Source of the DNA: Dehalococcoidia bacterium
GTDB taxonomy: Bacteria; Chloroflexota; Dehalococcoidia; GIF9; UBA5629
Direction: 5' to 3'
NCBI GenBank assembly: GCA_050014895.1
Contig: JBEKCL010000002.1
Coordinates: forward strand, 1-46,215
Length of the DNA: 46,215 nt
The notes under the pieces are model-generated. The model worked only from the letters and a program-made list of their open reading frames with translations. It did no database searches and was not told the DNA's origin. Of the stretch, positions 42,520 to 46,215 are shown in pieces. Numbering within the stretch: position 1 is the stretch's first letter; every line of letters starts with the position of its first letter. The translations under genes were made by a program, and so were the position numbers.

Positions 42520-44226
42520 GGGGTTTGAGCTGGTGCCGGGCATCAGGTTTACCTCGCCTGCTACAAAGCAGAGGAACCTTGCTCCGGAATAGACCATGAT
42601 GTCCTTGATGGGAAGGGTCCAGCCTTTGGGCACACCCTTAAGCATTGGATCATGACTCAGGCTGAGATGTGTCTTGACCATGATGGTAAGATAGTCGTCA
42701 TATTCGGCGTCAGCTTCAAGCTTCCTGGCCTTCGCTTCAGCAGTGGGTGACCAAATAACTCCATCAGCTCCATAGACTTCTTTGGCTATCTTTTCTACGC
42801 GGTCACGGATTTTCATTTCGGGCGGGTAAAGGAATTTAAACTCGTTATCTTCCTCGCAGGCATCCTTGACGGCATCTGCAAGTTCCAGTGCGCCATCGCC
42901 GCCAAATTCCCAGTGACGTGAGACTGCGCAGTGTGCGCCGGCCCGTATTGCAGCCCGCTTGACCATGGCGATCTCTTCTTTCGTATCGGTATGGAAGACG
43001 TTTATGCACACCACAGGCCTGACTCCGGCCTCTTTTATTATCTTAATGTGGTGAAGCATATTGGGTATGCCTTTCTCGAGCAGGCCCAGGTCTTCCTTAG
43101 TGTATTCTTCCGGTATTTTCAGGCCTGCCACGACGGCCGGGCCTCCCCCATGCATTTTCAGGGCGCGCACAGTCGTAACCAGGACGGATGCATTGGGTTT
43201 TAAATCGCTCAGGCGGCATTTGACGTTACAGAATTTTTCGAATCCGATATCGGCGGCAAATCCGCTCTCCGTGACGTGGTAGTCGAACATTTTTAAACCG
43301 ACACGGTCGGCTATAATGCTGGACTGCCCCAGCGCTATGTTAGCGAATGGGCCCGTGTGTACCATCAGCGGTTGATACTCGGCGGTGCAGCACAACGTGG
43401 GGTTGATAGTATTTCGCATCAGTGCCGTCATGGCGCCTCCCACCTGGAGGTCGCCGGTTGTTACCGGGTCACCGTGCCTGTTATAAGCCACCGTTATCCT
43501 GTCCATGCGGTGACGCAGGTCGGCTAGGTCATGCACTATGGCCAGCAATGCCATCAATTCCGAGCTTACCGCTATGGTGAACTTGGATTGCATGGTGAAA
43601 CCGTCCATCTTGCCACCCATGCCGATCATAACGTTTCGCAGGCTCTGAGCGCAGAAGTCCATTACCCAGCCCATCTCGACCCTTGTCGGATCGATTTCCA
43701 GCCGTTTCATGCCGGATAAGGTCTCAAGTTTTCTGTCGTCATAGTTGCGCTCATGCTGCATACGTGCTGTGACCGCTACCATGGCCAGGTTATGTGCATT
43801 GGTAATGTCGTTGATATCACCGGTCAGACCCATGGAGAACTCGGTCATGGGTATGAGCAGTGCATTGCCGCCGCCTGCTGCCGTTCCTTTGATGTTCATG
43901 GTAGGCCCGCCCGAGGGTTGCCGGACGCAACCGCCGACGTTCAAACCCCTCTTGCCCATACCTTCCAATAGGCCACAAGTTACCGTGCTCTTGCCCTCGC
44001 CCATCGGAGTAGGGGTTATACCGGTTACCTGTACATACTTTCCATCCGGCTTGTCCTTCAGCCGGTGCATGATTTTGCTGTAGTCCAGCCTTGCCACCTT
44101 GCCGTAGGGGATTACCTCGTCCTTTTTCAGGCCCAGCCTTTTATGCCAGTCGCCCGGTTGCGGCATGTTTTTTTCCGCTTCCTCGGCGATCTGCCAATCA
44201 CTCATTTTTAAAGGATTATATGGCAT
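42463..44226 (-). CDS. fhs: Formate--tetrahydrofolate ligase
   Basis: 587 aa with P-loop [11 protein letters not shown] and colinear FTHFS motifs throughout. Confidence 0.95.
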   Translation of the reverse strand: MPYNPLKMSDWQIAEEAEKNMPQPGDWHKRLGLKKDEVIPYGKVARLDYSKIMHRLKDKPDGKYVQVTGITPTPMGEGKSTVTCGLLEGMGKRGLNVGGCVRQPSGGPTMNIKGTAAGGGNALLIPMTEFSMGLTGDINDITNAHNLAMVAVTARMQHERNYDDRKLETLSGMKRLEIDPTRVEMGWVMDFCAQSLRNVMIGMGGKMDGFTMQSKFTIAVSSELMALLAIVHDLADLRHRMDRITVAYNRHGDPVTTGDLQVGGAMTALMRNTINPTLCCTAEYQPLMVHTGPFANIALGQSSIIADRVGLKMFDYHVTESGFAADIGFEKFCNVKCRLSDLKPNASVLVTTVRALKMHGGGPAVVAGLKIPEEYTKEDLGLLEKGIPNMLHHIKIIKEAGVRPVVCINVFHTDTKEEIAMVKRAAIRAGAHCAVSRHWEFGGDGALELADAVKDACEEDNEFKFLYPPEMKIRDRVEKIAKEVYGADGVIWSPTAEAKARKLEADAEYDDYLTIMVKTHLSLSHDPMLKGVPKGWTLPIKDIMVYSGARFLCFVAGEVNLMPGTSSNPAFRRIDIDTATGKVHGLF

Positions 44227-44264
44227 AACTGTTGTCTCCGGCGCCCTGTTGAAAAGGGCAAAGA

Positions 44265-45155
44265 TTATTGTTTGATACCAGCCGTACGTTCGGCGGATTC
44301 AATCGTATTCTGCAGCAGCATTGTGACTGTCATAAGCCCTACACCGCCGGGTACAGGCGTTATAAATGAGGCCTTGTCCTTGACGGCTTCAAAATCCACA
44401 TCGCCCACCAGGCGGTAGCCTTTTTCTCTGGTTTTATCTTCTATCCGGTTCATTCCAACATCTATGATGACAACCCCTTCTTTGACCATATCAGCTTTAA
44501 TGAAAAGGGGGCTGCCCATAGCGGCCACCAGTATATCGGCCTGTCTCGAAAAATATGGAATATGCGTGGTTCCTGTATGGACCACCGTAACTACAGCGTT
44601 TGCACCCTTTTTCTTTTGAATAAGCAAGGCGGCCAGGGGTTTGCCTACCAGGTTGCTGCGGCCGCATATAACCACATGCTTGCCGGACGGATCATTGCCG
44701 GTCCGCATCAACATTTCCTGTATGCCGTGGGGCGTGCAGGGGAGGAAGCAGGGCTGCCCACGCAGGAGTTTACCCATGTTAACAGGGTGAAAGCCGTCCA
44801 CGTCCTTTTCGGGGGAGATGTAGTAGAGGATTTTTTCAGTATCTATATGACCGGGCAATGGGGTTTGGACCAGTATGCCGTCAACTTCCTTGTCCTTGTT
44901 CAGGTCGTCCACCGCCTGTATTACCCTGGACTCGGGTGTATCTGCCAGGAGGCGGATGGTTACTTCGCGAATGCCGATTTCCTGGGCGCCCTTTTCTTTG
45001 GACTTGACATAAGATAAAGAGCCGGGGTCTTCGCCCACCAGTACAACACCCAGGTAAGGCGTCTTGCCCGCGGCTTTTAGACGGGACACCCTTTCTTTAA
45101 GCTCGCTACGTATCGCAGCGGATATTTCGGAACCACTAATTATCGTTGCTGTCAT
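44265..45155 (-). CDS. folD: Bifunctional methylenetetrahydrofolate dehydrogenase / methenyl-THF cyclohydrolase
   Basis: [39 protein letters not shown] and [15 protein letters not shown]. Confidence 0.95.
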   Translation of the reverse strand: MTATIISGSEISAAIRSELKERVSRLKAAGKTPYLGVVLVGEDPGSLSYVKSKEKGAQEIGIREVTIRLLADTPESRVIQAVDDLNKDKEVDGILVQTPLPGHIDTEKILYYISPEKDVDGFHPVNMGKLLRGQPCFLPCTPHGIQEMLMRTGNDPSGKHVVICGRSNLVGKPLAALLIQKKKGANAVVTVVHTGTTHIPYFSRQADILVAAMGSPLFIKADMVKEGVVIIDVGMNRIEDKTREKGYRLVGDVDFEAVKDKASFITPVPGGVGLMTVTMLLQNTIESAERTAGIKQ

Positions 45156-45266
45156 TAAATATACCTTAACAAAAATTTAGCAGTATATTATACAGTCTAA
45201 TCGGGTAAGAATTAAATTCGTCCTATCAAATCGCGCAGAACTGACAGTCAAAATGCAGTTTTGTAA

Positions 45267-45300
45267 GGTAGGGCAAATAATTTTGCCGGAGGATTCTACC
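45267..45300 (-). terminator. Weak stem-loop immediately after the methyltransferase stop (GGTAG..GGCAAA-ATTA-TTTGCC-CTACC)
   Basis: 6-bp inner stem plus 5-bp outer stem read on the minus strand. There is no clear U-tract, hence low confidence. Confidence 0.25.
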
Positions 45301-45982
45301 AGATAAAGGGAATGAGCCTGTATTTCACCTTTGCTATATATTCTTCGTAGCCCTTTAGCTCGTCCCGTAACGCACGTTCTTCCATCACGGCGCGGCGTGC
45401 CGTGAGAGCGACCAGGACGAAGCCCAAAATAAGCCCGTACCATGATCCGAGAAGAAGGGATGTTCCCGGGACAAAGAGCATGAAGCCTGCGTATAAAGGG
45501 TGTCGTACATACCGGTAGGGTCCCGAGGAAACCACTTGCTGCCCGCGATCATTTTGTATTCTAATTGCCGGCGACAGGTATGGATTCGCCTTGTAAGCCA
45601 GATAGAAAACGCAAAAGGAACAAAACAGGATTACTGCTCCCATTATTTGGACCCAGATAGGTGCTTGTGACCAGCCAAATCGGACTGCGTCCAGCGGCAT
45701 GAATACCAGCCATGCAAAGAAGACGATGGCTATCACTGTCATTAATACCTTGTCCCATGATTTCTCGTCTGCTTTTGATAACCCCTCCATGCGTTCTTTC
45801 AACAAGTCCGGATTCTGTTTGAACAGCCATATACTGGCTGCTACAGTAAAACTGAAGAACATGATCATAAAGGCCCATCCAGCGGCCCATGCTATGGTCC
45901 CTGCCGGAAGAAAAAGGGCCAGGGCAAATACCAGGAACATGCCGGCTATCTGGAGGGCGAGAAATCCTACGTTGACTTTCAT
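45296..45982 (-). CDS. Isoprenylcysteine carboxyl / phospholipid methyltransferase-family membrane protein
   Basis: Multi-TM protein with C-terminal GPYRYVRHPLYAGFMLF motif. Confidence 0.75.
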   Translation of the reverse strand: MKVNVGFLALQIAGMFLVFALALFLPAGTIAWAAGWAFMIMFFSFTVAASIWLFKQNPDLLKERMEGLSKADEKSWDKVLMTVIAIVFFAWLVFMPLDAVRFGWSQAPIWVQIMGAVILFCSFCVFYLAYKANPYLSPAIRIQNDRGQQVVSSGPYRYVRHPLYAGFMLFVPGTSLLLGSWYGLILGFVLVALTARRAVMEERALRDELKGYEEYIAKVKYRLIPFIW

Positions 45983-46005
45983 GATAAAAAAATTACCGGT
46001 CCGGT

Positions 46006-46215
46006 TTACTCGGCCAGTATTTCCCTGGCCATTTGGACGGCAGGTTTTACGGCTGCGGAGACGGCATCTGTGAGGACGGTGCTGAACACGTAGGCATCTG
46101 GTATCTCGATGGCTATGATGCTGATCTTGGATGGCAGATTGATCTTCAATATCTTGCCGATTTCAAGGGCGGTGGGAAGATCAACGTCATGCTGCGAAAT
46201 CGTGTGCTTGGTAAC
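46006..46215 (-). CDS. Hydrogenase maturation protease (HybD/HycI/FrhD type), C-terminal 69 codons; 5' end outside window
   Basis: Absent from the ORF track because there is no start codon in the window. The minus frame is open from the window edge: VTKHTISQHDVDLPTALEIGKILKINLPSKISIIAIEIPDAYVFSTVLTDAVSAAVKPAVQMAREILAE*. It shows the family pattern sH..dl..al..., I.IigIE..d..f...LT..V. Stop TAA at 46006-46008. Confidence 0.5.
   Translation of the reverse strand, partial: VTKHTISQHDVDLPTALEIGKILKINLPSKISIIAIEIPDAYVFSTVLTDAVSAAVKPAVQMAREILAE

Noticed and set aside
45156-45295. Looked for a ZTP (pfl) or THF riboswitch in the 140-nt leader of folD-fhs
   Set aside because: I could not find the conserved GGGUCGUGAC... 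/ CCGCCUGGGC-type ZTP cores or a THF-like fold by eye. The region seems to hold only a weak terminator-like hairpin and an AT-rich TATAAT-containing promoter candidate. A covariance-model scan would be needed to be certain.
1-46215. Scanned for CRISPR arrays, tRNA/rRNA genes, IS elements, integrases, toxin-antitoxin or known defence-system genes
   Set aside because: No regularly spaced short repeats, no cloverleaf-like or rRNA-like segments in the few intergenic gaps, and no ORF with transposase, recombinase, nuclease, reverse-transcriptase or NTPase defence signatures. The only mobility hint is the fhs 3' repeat reported above.

Overview
46.2-kb bacterial chromosomal window; queA, glmS and folD/fhs mark it as bacterial. 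I saw no rRNA, tRNA, CRISPR array, transposase or integrase. Coding density is very high and many neighbouring genes overlap by 1-14 nt.

Block 1 (nt 1-23,500) is a large surface-glycan locus. It holds a complete GDP-D-glycero-alpha-D-manno-heptose pathway (hddA-gmhA-hddC-gmhB). That pathway is fused in one gene string to an orphan thiamine-diphosphate E1 alpha/beta-like pair, a CmcI-type methyltransferase and several SDR epimerases/dehydratases. The rest of the locus has 5 glycosyltransferases, 3 more methyltransferases, a MOP-family flippase, a 755-aa polytopic membrane protein and glmS.

Block 2 (nt 24,900-36,100) is one minus-strand acyl-CoA catabolic operon resembling Atu/Liu. It encodes a carboxyltransferase, separate biotin carboxylase and BCCP, an enoyl-CoA hydratase, an AtuA-family protein, a CoA ligase, an IVD-type acyl-CoA dehydrogenase, TetR and a nitronate-monooxygenase-like protein. 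A near-consensus promoter with a perfect 15-bp palindrome lies upstream.

Block 3 (nt 36,300-46,215) is mixed: nitroreductase, alpha/beta hydrolase, CoA-binding protein, a His-rich exported protein, a DUF2089/DUF4097-like pair, a stand-alone condensation-domain acyltransferase, fhs-folD, an ICMT-type methyltransferase and a partial hydrogenase maturation protease.

The best leads are:
- the heptose + ThDP-E1 sugar-tailoring module;
- a 57-nt diverged copy of the fhs 3' end that, with the real fhs 3' end, brackets a 3.3-kb three-gene segment;
- the Atu-like operon, with a probable non-canonical ATA start on the biotin carboxylase;
- membrane proteins that I recall as archaeal-type families (DUF2206, DUF1616) inside the glycan locus.

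All family assignments come from motif recognition by eye, not from database searches.
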